Shown: positions 51,135-63,769 of the stretch, in pieces
Layout: each line of letters begins with the position of its first letter
Numbering within the stretch: the first letter of the stretch is position 1
Source: Octopus sinensis
Taxonomy: Eukaryota
DNA: 64,000 bases
Assembly: GCF_006345805.1 (NCBI RefSeq)
Contig: NC_043011.1
Span: forward strand, 52,092,464-52,156,463
Direction of reading: 5' to 3'
Notes under the pieces: model-generated
The model's input: only the letters and a program-made list of their open reading frames with translations
The model's database searches: none
Told to the model about the DNA's origin: nothing
Position numbers and translations under genes: made by a program

Positions 51135-51821
51135 CACATGGTCTGATCAATAAGAATCCGGACTTGAAGCCACTTGGCACAGATTGACCTTAAATTCTGC
51201 TGTACATGTGCACTAAGTTTTAACATTCTAGCTCACTTCCACTGTTTACAGCAGTGCTTGGAAGGAAGGTGTGTAGCATGTGATCGTCGCAATGACCATG
51301 ATCGATAAAGTTGAGCAGAGAATCTGCATCAAATTTTGCCAAAAGCTTGGCAATAACCTCTCAGAGGCCTATGCAAAGTTTTCAAAACATTTTCAGCATT
51401 CTCGACACAATCAGGAGATTTTGTGCAACTGAAACTCAAGTGTCCTTTTGGTCAGCTGAAAGCAGTTTTGGCACAAACATGACAGACACGCATCTCATAC
51501 CCAAATCTTCAGTGATAATGGACTGAAGTGAACCGTAGCTAATGTGTGTGGCTAATACACTCCTCTCCATACACTTTCTGCAACTTTACGCAAGTCTCTG
51601 AGCAGGTATCAGAAGGTATGACAACTTTCTCTGTCATGGTCAAGCAATGATCATACACTACACACCTTCCTTCCAAGCACTGCTGTAAACAGCAGAAGTG
51701 AGCTAGAATGTTAAAACTTAGTGTGCATGGAAATCAGAGTTCAAGGTCAATCTTGCCAAGTGGCTTCACTCTGTTTGCTTTAGCTTTATTACTATGGCAA
51801 CAGACCGGATACTTGTTGATC
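51135..51821. mobile_element. Fold-back mariner derivative made of two head-to-head 5' ends
   Basis: ~147-bp inverted arms at 51165-51312 and 51623-51768. Plus strand reads MIDKVEQRICIKFCQKLG. Minus strand reads MTEKV..DTCSETCVKLQKVYGEECIS...IITEDLGMRCVSVMFVPKLLSADQKDT. Terminal motifs are gatcaataagaatccgga / ccggatacttgttgatc. Confidence 0.88.
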
Positions 51822-52354
51822 TTCTAAGTTTAAATCCCATTGAAGTCAACTTTGTTTTTCCTCTTTCTGGGGTTGATAAAGTAATAGTCAAGTTTTGGAG
51901 TCAATTTAATTGACTCACCTTCATCTCTTAAAATCATTGGTTTAGTACACAAATCAGAAACAAGTCTTCTCATATGGTATCACAAAATCTATGACCATAC
52001 ACTTTTTCTTTTGTCTTCTACAATCATATCTGATCTTCTTGCTTCAGTAGTATTGTCTATTTTTATGGAGAAATCCCACAGAATCCTGTAATTATTATTC
52101 TCCATCACAGACTCTGGCTCATGTTGATACCACTTTTCTTGAACCCCCATACTTGACTAAAATCCCAATGCACTCTTTAATAACACAATCATACCTGTGC
52201 TTATACTCTTTTTTTGGTGGGTTCAGCAGTATTAAGTGGATGAAAGATAATTGCATCCCTGGACAGAACACAGGCCTAGCCATTGAACTTGGTGCTGAAG
52301 TCCTAAAAGCCTTGTACCAACTGAGAAGCCAGGGTCAACATTATCATTATTATT

Positions 52355-52745
52355 TAAGGCAGCAAACTAGCAGAATTGTTAGCTCACTGGACAAAAATGC
52401 TTAGTGGTATTTCATCCATCTTTATGTTCTGGGTTCAAATTCCACTGAGGTCGACTTTGCCTTTCGTCCTTTTGGGGACAAAGGAATAAGTACCAATTAA
52501 GCTCTGGGGTCAGTGTAATCGACAGTCCTGGGATTATTATTATTGTTATCAAGGTGGCGAGCTGGCAGAATCATTAGCATACTGGGTGAAGTGCTTAACA
52601 GTATTGAGTTCAAATTCTGTTGAGGTCAACTTTACCCTTCATCCTTTCAGGGCTGACAAAATAAGTACCAGTTGAACATTAGGGTCGATGTAATTGACTT
52701 ATCCCCTCTCCCAAAATTGCTGCCCTTGTGGAAAAATTTGAAACC
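52355..52745 (+). mobile_element. Two tandem SINE B-type copies
   Basis: ggcagcaaactagcagaattgttagc and ggtggcgagctggcagaatcattagc heads; gttcaaattc B-box-like motif. Confidence 0.78.
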
Positions 52746-52746
52746 A

Positions 52747-52790
<44 letters not shown>

Positions 52791-52793
<3 letters not shown>

Positions 52794-53108
52794 TAGTCTT
52801 ATTTTCATTACATGCTTTCACTGCAGTACCGAGTGCAGCTCTGTGTACCTAGGGTATGTGCTATGATTTGCTTTGGAGTTGTTATTTTCACTATATTGAA
52901 AGTGCTTTGTGTAGAATGTGTGTGGTGCATATATACATACACATACACACACATAAGCCCTAGTGTTTTGGTTATGAATTTGCCTCTGTTTTTAACCATA
53001 CCTAATGCACCTATTATTATAGGGGTTGTTTCTGGTTTTAGGCTCCATGTTTGGGTTATCTCCATTTCCAGATCTTTGTAGTTCAAGAGTTTCTCTCTTT
53101 CTTTTAGG
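52791..53108 (-). mobile_element. R4/Dong-like LINE 3' end (restriction-like endonuclease C-terminus) within (TAA)n
   Basis: Reads LKEREKLLNYKDLEMEITQTWSLKPETTPIIIGALGMVK, matching the RLE motif EK..KY.DL..EI...W......PIIIGALG; (TTA)n runs on both flanks. Confidence 0.8.
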
Positions 53109-53819
53109 GATATTATTATTATTATCATCATCATCATTACTACTACTACTGCTACTACTACTTGACACGAAAAATGGGCAAGATTCTTTCACATGGCTAC
53201 AAAATAATCCATTTTGCTGGAGGAGAAAGCTTAATGTTCCATAAGACAAATAAATAAATCTACAAACAGAGAAAAAAGAAGTAGGTGGGTAGGTGGCAAA
53301 TAGATGTAAAAATAAAACAAAAGAACACCCTCATTCACATTTCCTCCCAAAAGATGGCCCCTTCCGCAATAACACATACAAATGATGGGCATTATAGAAA
53401 ATCACAGCTTCCATGAAAATGCTATAAAAATATACAATATCCTTGGACTTTTTTAAAAATAACTCAAGTGTACCACCTTATACCCCCTTCTGTTTTATAG
53501 TCGGATAACCATTACCAAATGTTACACTGCCTACCAGCTCCATTGCTGCTTTAACACAGGGAGGAAGATACAGCTCCCCCCACCTCCACCTCACCATGGA
53601 CTGCCACTTCCCTAATACTGGAAGTGGTGATGGCGGGGGATGCTGAGGATCAGGGTTACTGATGTCTGGGGTTTGCAGTTTCTTTGTTGTCATTTCTGTA
53701 AGCAGAACCAAGATATGTTGTAGGGGATATTTATGTATGTGTTTATGTATACTGATGTATACTGAATGTGTGTGTATTTATATGTGGGTGTATATATACA
53801 TGTATATGTGTGTGTGTGT

Positions 53820-54190
53820 GTATTTTATCGTGTTTCAGTCATTAGACTGTGGCCATGCTGGGGCACCACCTTGAAGGATTTCTAGTTGAACGAACTGATC
53901 CAATTACTTATTTATTTTTAAATCTGGTACTTATTCTATTGGTCCCTTTTGCCGGACCACTAAGTTACGGGGACATAAACATGCCAACACCAGTTGTCAA
54001 ATGGTGGTGGGAAACACACATACACATGTGCACAGTGGGCTTCTTTCAGTTTCTGTCTACCAAATCCACTCAAAGATTTGGTTGGCCCAAGGCTACAGTA
54101 GATGACACCTGCCCAAGGTGCCTTGCAGTCAGACTGAACCTAGAACCATGAGGTTGGAAAGCAAACTTCTTACTGCACAGCCACACCTGT
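53820..54190 (-). mobile_element. SINE family A
   Basis: Family A motifs. Confidence 0.82.
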
Positions 54191-54191
54191 G

Positions 54192-54239
54192 CAAGTGGTC
54201 ACCTATCTAATTACTAACTAGGCTTGATGTTGCTTAACT
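54192..54239 (-). pseudogene. 5S rRNA internal fragment
   Basis: caagtggtcacctatctaattactaactaggcttgatgttgcttaact aligns with the internal control region part of the 5563-5683 copy. Confidence 0.75.
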
Positions 54240-54409
54240 ACACTTATATGTTTACATATTTATGCATGGAGGGGAGGGGGATTGTGTGTATGTATCTCAT
54301 TGGAGATTATCCACTTTTTGTTCTCTCTGCTGACCACCCACTGCTTGAAGCTTACAGACTTCCTACACTTGGATCCCAGGATTGTATTCATATATTGATA
54401 TATATATTC

Positions 54410-54822
54410 TTTGATTCTTTTACTTGTTTCAGTCATTTGATTGTGGCTATGCTGGAGCACTGCTTTTAGTTGAAGAAATTGCCCCCAGAACTTATTCTTT
54501 GTAAATCCAGTACTTATTCCATAGGTCTCTTTTGCCGAACCACTAAGTTATGAGGACATAAACACACCAACATCAGCTGTCAAGCGATGGTGGGTGGCAA
54601 ACACACGCACGCACGCACACACACACACACATACACACACACACACACACATATATATATATTATATATGATGGGCTTCTTTCAATTTCTGTCCACCAAA
54701 TCCACTCACAAGGCTTTGGTTGGCCTGAGGCTATAGTAGAAGACACTTGCCCAAGTTGCCACAGTGTGGCACTGAATCCAGAACCATGTGGTTGGGAAGC
54801 AAGCTACTTACTACACAGCCAC
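54410..54822 (-). mobile_element. SINE family A, full length
   Basis: Family A motifs. Confidence 0.88.
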
Positions 54823-55532
54823 TGGGCATAACAATATATATCTATTTGTGTGTGTGTGTGTGTGTGTATGTGTATAATGTCTTTGTGTGTGTATTTGTGT
54901 GTCTAAATGTATATACTTGTCACTTTTATATTATACTATGGAAGACTGTAGGGAATATTTTTTGTATGACTTAAAGGTTTGGTCGCTGTTTAGTTACATA
55001 TTTGTAGTTGGTTATAGATTTACTTATTGGAATTTATTTACTGATACTATTGTAAGTAGGGTAAATGTGTTTGAAAGTTGTGGTTTCTTTGGTATGTTTG
55101 TTCCCAAACAACACTTGTTTTAGTGCTGTTGACACTGCCAGATTGAATGGTACCACAGATATCATTATGGTGTTGAAACCATAATGATATCTGTGGCTGA
55201 TGATGGAAGTATGCTGGATTGTTTTTGCACAGAGAAGGCTGTTTTTGTATATGTGGAATAGTATTGTAAGACATCCGTTTGATATCTTTGTGTGTGCATA
55301 TATGTGTGTGGGCACAGTGTAAAAACATGACTTAATACTAGGTGAAGTTCCACTCCAATCTTATCAACTACACATATTGCATAGTTTTTCACATGGAATC
55401 ATTTAAGTATAATGGGGGTTAGAAATGGAGTGGTACAAAAACAATTGTAACTACTAATAAAGTTGTACTAGATTTATTTTTTGTGTTCTTGCTTGTATTA
55501 TATATAAACATATATTCAATATATATATATGT

Positions 55533-55925
55533 ATAGGCGCAGGAGTGGCTGTGTAGTAAGTAGCTGTGTGGTTCAGTCCCACTGCGTGGCATCTTGGGCA
55601 AGTGTCTTCTGCTATAGCCCCGGGCCAACCAATGCCTTGTGAGTGGATTTGGTAGATGGAAACTGAAAGAAGCCCGTCGTATATATGTATATATATGTGT
55701 ATGTGTGTGTGTTTGTGTGTGTGTGTTTGTCCCTCTAGCATTGCTTGACAACCGATGCTGGTGTGTTTACGTCCCCGTCACTTAGCAGTTCGGCAAAAGA
55801 GACCGATAGAATAAGTATTGGGCTTACAAAAAATAAGTCCTGGGGTCGATTTGCTCGACTAAAGGCGGTGCTCCAGCATGGCCGCAGTCAAATGACTGAA
55901 ACAAGTGAAAGAGTAAAAGAGAGAG
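55533..55925 (+). mobile_element. SINE family A, full length, young-looking
   Basis: Family A motifs with CpGs retained. Confidence 0.9.
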
Positions 55926-56249
55926 TAAAGAATATGTGTGTGTGTATGTATATATGTATTTGTGTGTATGAAACCTTATTTAATTTCTTACCAGATTGAT
56001 ATCATGATACATCGGGTGCTGTAAATCTCTGTCATTTAATTCGATACATCTTTAAGCAGCCCAGTGGGTGAAGGGTAATAAATAAATAAATACATAAAGA
56101 AAGATAAAGACTTCTGTTACTGTAACCAAAGACAGTGGTAACTGGGCAGGGATGGGGTGTTGAACCATTCTATTCTTAAGCCAGGGGCTTACGGATTATC
56201 TATACTTACAACTTGTACAAACATTACCATTGATTAATGTACAAATAAC

Positions 56250-56480
56250 TGTGGAGGCATGTGGCTTAGTGGTTAGGGTGTCAGTATCATAATCGTAAGA
56301 TTGTGGTTTCGATTCCTGGACCGAGCGACGCGTTGTGTTCTTGAGCAAAACACTTCATTTCACAACTCCAGTTCACTCAGCTGGCAAAAATGAGTAACGC
56401 TGTGATGGACTGGCGTCCCGTCCATTGGAAATGGGAAACCGGGTCCATGAGCCTGGTTAGGGTTTAAAAAGAGCGCATAT
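56250..56480 (+). mobile_element. SINE family D variant
   Basis: gtggaggcatgtggcttagtggttagggtg...ggtttcgattcctggacc...cttgagcaaaacactt...gatggactggcgtcccgtcc. Confidence 0.82.
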
Positions 56481-56639
56481 ATTTGTTTTTTTTTAATGTA
56501 CAAATAACTAGGGTTATCACATCACTGAAGACTGGGTGTTTGGGATTCCAGTCTTCCAGCTACACTTCTATGTTATGAAATTCTTAAAAGTACTTCTTTA
56601 GATTGTGTTCAAGTGCTGTGCAAAAAGGACATTGTGTAC

Positions 56640-57055
56640 ATAGGTGTTGGCATGGCTGTGTGGATAAGAAACTTGCTCTGCAACCACATCGTTTCAAGTT
56701 CAATCCCACTGTGTGGTACCTTTGGGCAAATGTCTGTTACTATAGCCCTGGGCCCATCAATGCTTTGAAAGTGAATTTGGTAGATGAAAACTGTGTGGGA
56801 GTTTGTTGCGTTGGTATGTATATATACACAAACACATATTTGTGTGTGTGTGTATATATATATGTGTGTGTGTTTTTCTATTTTTGTTTGTTCTGCGACA
56901 GCAGTTTGACAACCAGTGTTGGTTTGTTTACATCCCCATAACTTAGTTGTTCAGTAAAAGAGACCTTTAGAATAAGTACCAGACTTAAAAAGTATGTCCA
57001 GTTCCCCAGTGTTGCTGCAGTCCAATGACTGAAACAAGTAAAAGATGAAAGATAT
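56640..57055 (+). mobile_element. SINE family A
   Basis: Family A motifs. Confidence 0.82.
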
Positions 57056-57719
57056 AAGAAAGAATTGACCTCCATCTCAACCAAACCAATTATTCTATGC
57101 AGAACCAATCCTTTTACTTAAAGCCAGAGCATGCCATGTCAAAAATCAAAGCCAATCTAATTGATGTAGGATACGTGTAGCCTGTATGTACCTTCTTGCC
57201 AGCTGTCTCTCATAAAGATGAAAAATTTCTATTAAAAATTTTCTGGTCTGTTATTTGCATTCATTTAATATATCTTAGGTGGATCTACATCATTGCATGC
57301 CATGCATTCATGCAGAAAATACCACTGGTTCCATATTACATAATGATTTGGTTGCTTGGGACTTCACTTAACAAGGAGAGGAAAAAAGAGTGAAATGAAG
57401 TCACAACCAACCAACCAACCAACCAGCCAGCCAACCAACCAAACCCCTTTTTCTTTAACTTCATCCACCTTTTACTTCTTCTGTTTTACTTATTGTTTCT
57501 CCTTTCTTTTTTAACTCTCATTTCAATACTACTACTACTACTACCACCACTACCACTAATAATAATAATAATAATACTATGACTACTGCCATCATTACCA
57601 GCAGCACCTCCTCCTCCTCCTCCTCCGTTTGAGGATGCAGAGGTGCTACCTACAGCCTTTACATGTATTTGCTTTCATTATCCTAGATCTAGGGATCTCA
57701 AACTGGTATATTTGTACCC

Positions 57720-58055
57720 TAGGGGGTAAAGGGTAAAGAGACCCTTTGGTCATGAATGACCATGGGATTGCACCTAGAGATTTCCCCTATGAGGCATAAG
57801 TCTGGGCAAGGTTGTTTGTGGAAGACCAGTGGTTGCCCATGCATACCAGCCTCCCCTCTCCACATCACCAATGTTGCCCAAGGGAAAAGCAAAGGCCAAT
57901 ACAGCTTGGCACCAGTGATGTCATAACTCATTTCTACAGCTGAGTGACCTCGAGCAATATGAAATAAAGTGTCTTGCTCAAGAACACAGCCCAGTCATAG
58001 AACCGAACTCACAACCTTACAATTCTAAGTCTGATACTTTAACCACTGACCCACA
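57720..58055 (-). mobile_element. SINE family D
   Basis: Reverse complement of the 61665-61990 type. Confidence 0.85.
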
Positions 58056-58737
58056 TTCCTTCGCACCCTTAGTATATATGATGTTTGTAAAAATATCAGA
58101 ATTTTAAAGCGATAATGACCAACTAAATGCAAGTGATGTGTCTCAAAAATGTATGGAGATTTATTTTGTTTTTCTCATCCACTTACCATTGTGAACAAGA
58201 TCTTTCAGTAATGTTGATAACCAAAAACTAAGTTTTATGCAAGACTGTCAATTGAGAATAATGTGTAGGTGTATCTTTTTGAAACTGTACCTTGGGTTCA
58301 GTTAACTGTTAAATGAGACTAACTCGTCTAGCTTGTTAAGAATATATCACTAAATTAAATGAAAATGATTTACCTTAAGCATAAGGTTAAAAATTTTGCA
58401 GGAATGAACAGTTGATTATATGACCACAGTAATTTGATGAGTACTTTAGTTTATCAACCTCGTAAGGATGAAAAGAAAAGTTGAACACAGTAGGATTTGA
58501 ACTCATTGAAGTGAATTAAATTCAATCAATAATAATAATCTATTCTATGATATCCAACCATTTTACGCCATATTCATCATGCAGGTGGGCCAACACTGCC
58601 GGGCATGATGATGGGATACACTTGCTGGAGGAAAATCCTGGAAGACCCCACTTGTAGAATTTAAGATAAACAACCTCTTTTTTTGTCTGGGTGATGGTCC
58701 ATAAAATTCTTAAGAAAAATTTTGTGAATCATGTGTC

Positions 58738-58879
58738 GTGAGTAGCTTGCTTACCAACCACATGGTTCTGGGTTCATTCCCACTGAGTGGCACCTTGGGC
58801 AAGTGTCTTCTACTATAGAATCAGGCCAACCAAAGCCTTGTGAGTGGATTTGGTAGACAGAAACTGAAAGAAGCCCATC

Positions 58880-58925
<46 letters not shown>

Positions 58926-59130
58926 ATATGTTTGTGTGTCTGTCCCCCAACATCGCTTGACAACCGACGGTGCTGTGTTTACGTCCCTGTAACTTAGTGG
59001 TTTGGCAAAAGAGACCAATAGAATAAGTACTAGGCTTCCAAAGATTAAGTCCTGGGGTTGATTTGCTTGACTAAAGGCAGTGCTCCAGCATGGCCACAGT
59101 CAAATGTCTGAAACAAGTAAAAGAGTAAAC
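58738..59130 (+). mobile_element. SINE family A
   Basis: Family A motifs. Confidence 0.88.
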
Positions 59131-60494
59131 ATTTACTTTTAATTGTTTTATATAATATTTCAGTGAAACATGCAACTTACTGTGGGCCGCCAAAAATTTG
59201 GTATGGATCACTGGTTGTCTGTCTAGATCATATTGTACATGATTCCTAGAAGCAGTACAGATAAGGATAGGATAACTAGGGATCATAGATATAGTTAATG
59301 TTCAAACTGTTGCAGGTTACTGTTTAGAAGAGAACAATTTACTGAATTTGAGGAAAGGACTTCTTGAATGAACAGGTGAAGAGGAATTCTTGAGGATTTC
59401 TCTCAGAGGGAAGATGAATTTAACAACAGTTACATTTTAGTGTGGTATCTTGGCTCCATGATAATATTTTAATAGAGACATGATAGAACTTAGTGAAGCT
59501 GTCATGTCTGTCTTTCGTGTTGGAACACAACTCCTAAACACTCTGTATTTTATTCTGTAGTCAGTTCCATTCAAGAAAATCTTTGGTAACAGGTGTTTTC
59601 TGTGACCATTTCATCTTTCATTCAGTCACACTATCTAGGATTACATTATCTGAAGTGTTTCCCTTCTTTCTAAGACTGCAATGTGTAATTTGACCTACAA
59701 GAGATGGCAACAAAAATTCCTCAGTCAACTGTGTCAATGCTCCTTAACAGCCTGAAAAAAAAAAAAAACCCAAAACAAAGAAAACTTGTGTGTCTCTGTA
59801 GGGAGATATTTCATTTTTGTGGACCCTTTTAATTATCAGTAATAGCATCATGAAGGGGTGACAGGGGTCAGACTTGTATTTCTATTAGATAAACAACAGA
59901 ATATTTACATAAGCATAAATCTGCTCATTTAAAGGCTTGTGTTAAAAGTAAATGGATTTTCTGTTGGCCTCCCCCACCCCATGATGAGTTTCCCTGTTGT
60001 ATAATCAACAATGTTGCCTACTTTCATAAATCATAAGTGGCTGAGTACTCCACATACGCATGTTCTTTTAACATTATTAATCCTCAAGCAGAATCAAAGG
60101 AGCAGTCTTGTCACAGTGTGTGCAACCTGTTTCCTGAATAAATGCTTTTGTCATCATATTTTTGTTCAAATACATTGTCTGTGTTTCAATTTATGAAAAT
60201 AAGGAAGAATTTAGTAAAATAACCTTGTCATTATTAATCTGATGTTTGAAGCATAAACTGACATGAAAATTTCAAGGAAGGTTTTGAATTTAGATCATTT
60301 TAAAATGGAAAGTTTGTATCACAGAACTAGGCATGGGCTTGAGCAGGTTTGTATCAAAAGGGTTAATGACAAGCTTCTGCATAATTTCTGTCTGTCCAAT
60401 TTCATCAACAAGGGTTCACCTGAGGTTGCTGTGGTGCCACACAGTAGGACTGAATTTGGGACCTGATGATTGCAAAGCAATTAACCATTTGGCC

Positions 60495-60850
60495 ATAGGC
60501 GTAGGAGTGGCTGTGTGGTAAGTAGCTTGCTTACGAACCACATGGTTCTAGGTTCAGTCCCACTGCATGGCACCTTGGGCAAGTGTCTTCTACTATAGCC
60601 TCGGGCAGACCAAAGCCTTGTAAGTGGATTCGGTAGACAGAAACTGAAAGAAGCCCCTCGTATATATGTGTGTATGTATATGTATATGTGTGTGTGTGTG
60701 TGTATATATACGTTTGTGTGTTTGTTTTCCCCCCCAACATCGCTTGACAACCGATGCTGGTGTGTTTACGTCCCCGTAACTTAGCAGTTTGGCAAAAGAG
60801 ACCGATAGAATAAGTACTAGGCTTACAAAGAATAAGTTCTGGGGTCGATT
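60495..60850 (+). mobile_element. SINE family A, 3'-truncated
   Basis: taggcgtaggagtggctgtgtggtaagtagcttgcttacgaacc head. Confidence 0.88.
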
Positions 60851-61628
60851 TGAGTGGCCAGGTATTGAACCTCTTTACTTTCAAAATATAAAGTGATGAA
60901 TTGAAAGGTGTTAGAGCAGTGGGTAAAATGCTTTGCAATACATGTTGTGGCTCTCTGAGTTCAAAACCAACCTAGCTCAACCTTGCTTTTGGAATAGTGG
61001 GGTTGATTCTTTTCTCCCTCCAACTCACCCCAGCCTTCCCCCCTCTCTCTCTCTCTTGTCTAGGTATTAGTAATGTTGCTTCACAGGAAGCATTCTTGAG
61101 CACTACTCACACCATTCCTTTCTTCCCAGAGAGTGTTAGGGGAAGGTTGTATAAAGAGTGCTAGCAACCTCTTTCCATTGTAAAAGCTGATATATTATCG
61201 GAACTTTGACGGACAGATGTGCTGCGTAACCCTGAACGGAAACAGGAAAGAGACAGAGAGAAGAAAAAAAGATTTCTCAAAACAGGACTTATTCAAAGGA
61301 GTCATGAATGAGTAAGTGAATGAATGAATTATTGCTTGGTCTTTATTTACTTAAAACCTTCAAGTAGTAAAACCATCTGTTGTATTCTGTGTTCTAAATC
61401 CTATTAAGTTAATGACATTGATTTTTGTGGGGGTGACTGGGGGGGTGGAATATAGATAGCAATGTGTAAATAATTGGCTTGTCTGTGTGTGTGTGTGTGT
61501 GGTTAAGAAGTTTGCTTCATGTCCGCATGGTCTCCGGTTTGGTTCTACTGTGTAGTATCTTGGTCAACTGTCTTTCTACTATTTATATGTATGCATATCT
61601 GTGAATGTATGCATGTGAATTTGTGTGA

Positions 61629-61664
<36 letters not shown>

Positions 61665-61670
<6 letters not shown>

Positions 61671-61990
61671 TCAGTGGTTAGAGCGTCGAGCTTACGATTG
61701 TGAGGTTGTGAGTTCGATTCCCGGACCGGGCTGCGTGTTGTGTTCTTGAGCAAGACACTTTATTTCTCGTTGCTCCAGTTAACTCAGTTGTAGAAATGAG
61801 TTGCAACATCACTGGTGCCAAGCTGTATCGGCCTTTGCCTTTCTCTTGGATAACACTGGTGGCGTGGAGAGGGGAGGCCGGTATACATGGGCGACTGCTG
61901 GCCTTCCATAAACAACTTTGCCCGGACTTGTGCTTTGGAGGGTAACTTTCTAGATGCAATCCTCTGGTCATTCATGACCAAAGGGGGTCT
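61665..61990 (+). mobile_element. tRNA-headed SINE family D, full length
   Basis: ggctcagtggttagagcgtcgagcttacgattgtgaggttgtgagttcgattcccggacc (A/B boxes, ACG loop), followed by cttgagcaagacact. Confidence 0.9.
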
Positions 61991-62312
61991 TAAATATATA
62001 TATATAATATATATTGTTATATTTCGGAATGGTCAACAAATATATATATATATATAATCTTATCATCATAACATCCATTTTTATTAATGCTTGTCTGGGG
62101 CAGATGGAGTATATTTGATGCAGATTTTTTACAGCCAGATGCTCTTCCTGTTACCACTTCTCTCCTGTTTTCATGTAAGGTACATTCTTCCGCATAGCCA
62201 GACGTATTTCATGGAAAATTGGAAACAAAAGATACCACTTGTATGACCGTGACACTCATTTACAGCCATCATACAATGTCAAAACAAGGAGACACTAACA
62301 CACACACATACA

Positions 62313-63490
62313 CACTGGGTGTTCAGACTAAACTTGACAATTTTTTTATGTCTTCTTTTTTCGGGAACAGCTTGATGTATTAGTGAATTGTCAAAATTGG
62401 AAAGAACTGTCAACGTTGAAAAGATTAAAGTTGTATTTGAGAAAATGTTAGATGACACGGAGGACTGGAAGCCATCTGAATATTGGAAAAGAGTTATCTG
62501 TATCATGATAATTTGCACTATCAAAAATATCAACATCATGACTGCTGCTCAATGCTCTGTGAAGACTGTGATGGCTCTAAGATATGACATGGACGTCACG
62601 AGGGTGTTGTCATGCCACCCCACATCTTTGAACAAGGCCTTAGGCTCAATTCAGACAGCTTTGTGAAACTGCTGGAGATTGCGGTCAAACTCAGGCAGGA
62701 GAGAGTTGCTGCTGGAAAGCCATATGTGTGACAGCAGGATTCAAACTCCTTGCCATAGCTCTGGAAAGAGTCAGAAGTGGTTGTTTAAAAATTTCTATAA
62801 GCTCTGTCTGGCCCCGTGTCGGTGGCACGTAAAAGCACCATCCGTTCGTGTCCGTTGCCAGCCTCGCCTGGCCCTGTGCCGGTGACACGTAAAAGCACCA
62901 TCCGTTCGTGGCCGTTTGCCAGCTCTGTCTGGCACCTGTGCAGGTGGCACGTAAAAAACACCCACTACACTCGCAGAGTGGTTGGCGTTAGGAAGGGCAT
63001 CCAGCCGTAGAAACACTGCCAGATCTGACTGGGCCTGACGAAGCCTTCCAGCTTCACAGACCCCAGTTGACCCGTCCAACCCATGCTAGCATGGAAGGTG
63101 GACGCTAAATGATGATGATGATGAACTTCACCCACCCCAATTTCTGGAGTTCTGATTCACCCAATTGTAATCCCATGGATTACTATGTATGGGACATGGT
63201 TGAGAAAGACATCAACCACTCTGCCTGCAACACCAAAACCAAGCTGGTGGCCAAGATCAAGGATGTGCTCAAAGATCTTCCCAGGGACAGTGAGGGATGC
63301 ATGTGCTAGGTTCTGGAGCCATCTTGAGGCTATGGTAGAAGCTGAGGGTAGCTACTTTTAGTAAACTATTGTCTCCCAGTCATAATCTAGTTGATATTTA
63401 TTAATTTTTTTTAATATTTTTTTTTTTGGATGGGATATTGTGTTTGCTTTTCCTTTATGCAAACTGTCAAATTTAGCTGAAAATACTCTG
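62313..63490 (+). mobile_element. Defective maT/DD37D (Bmmar1-like) Tc1/mariner transposon with internal deletion and nested retroposon
   Basis: N-terminus WKPSEYWKRVICIM. Catalytic region VMPPHIFEQGLRLNSDSFVKLLE...GKPYV*QQDS.PCHSSGKSQKWLFKNFY/NFTHPNFWSSDSPNCNPMDYYVW gives 37 residues between the last two Asp once the insertion is removed and a frameshift is corrected. C-terminus ACARFWSHLEAMVEAEGSYF. Imperfect TIRs ctgggtgttcagactaaacttgaca / tgtcaaatttagctgaaaatactctg. Confidence 0.88.
62799..63123 (+). mobile_element. Family C retroposon tail nested in the maT transposase
   Basis: Interrupts the frame between KNFY and NFTHPNFW. Confidence 0.87.
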
Positions 63491-63769
63491 AACACACACA
63501 CACACACACACACATACCACACATACAAAAACATACATATATATACATATATATATCTATTTGTATCACATCGAAACTAACTGTGACTTAATTTTTCCTC
63601 TCACACCATCTCCGATGAAGGGATATTATTATTAATTAATATTCTAGAAACAGCTGTATGACCTTCTATCTATAAATGCTCTAATATCTATACAGCCTTG
63701 GTTTTTATCTCATTATGCAAAAAATTCATATAACGTGAGTTCATGGCTGTTTCCTGCAACAGCTTCACA

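Noticed and set aside
61665-61740. tRNA-Arg(ACG) gene (also SINE A/D heads elsewhere)
   Set aside because: A and B boxes are present but there is no closed acceptor stem, and each continues into a SINE body.
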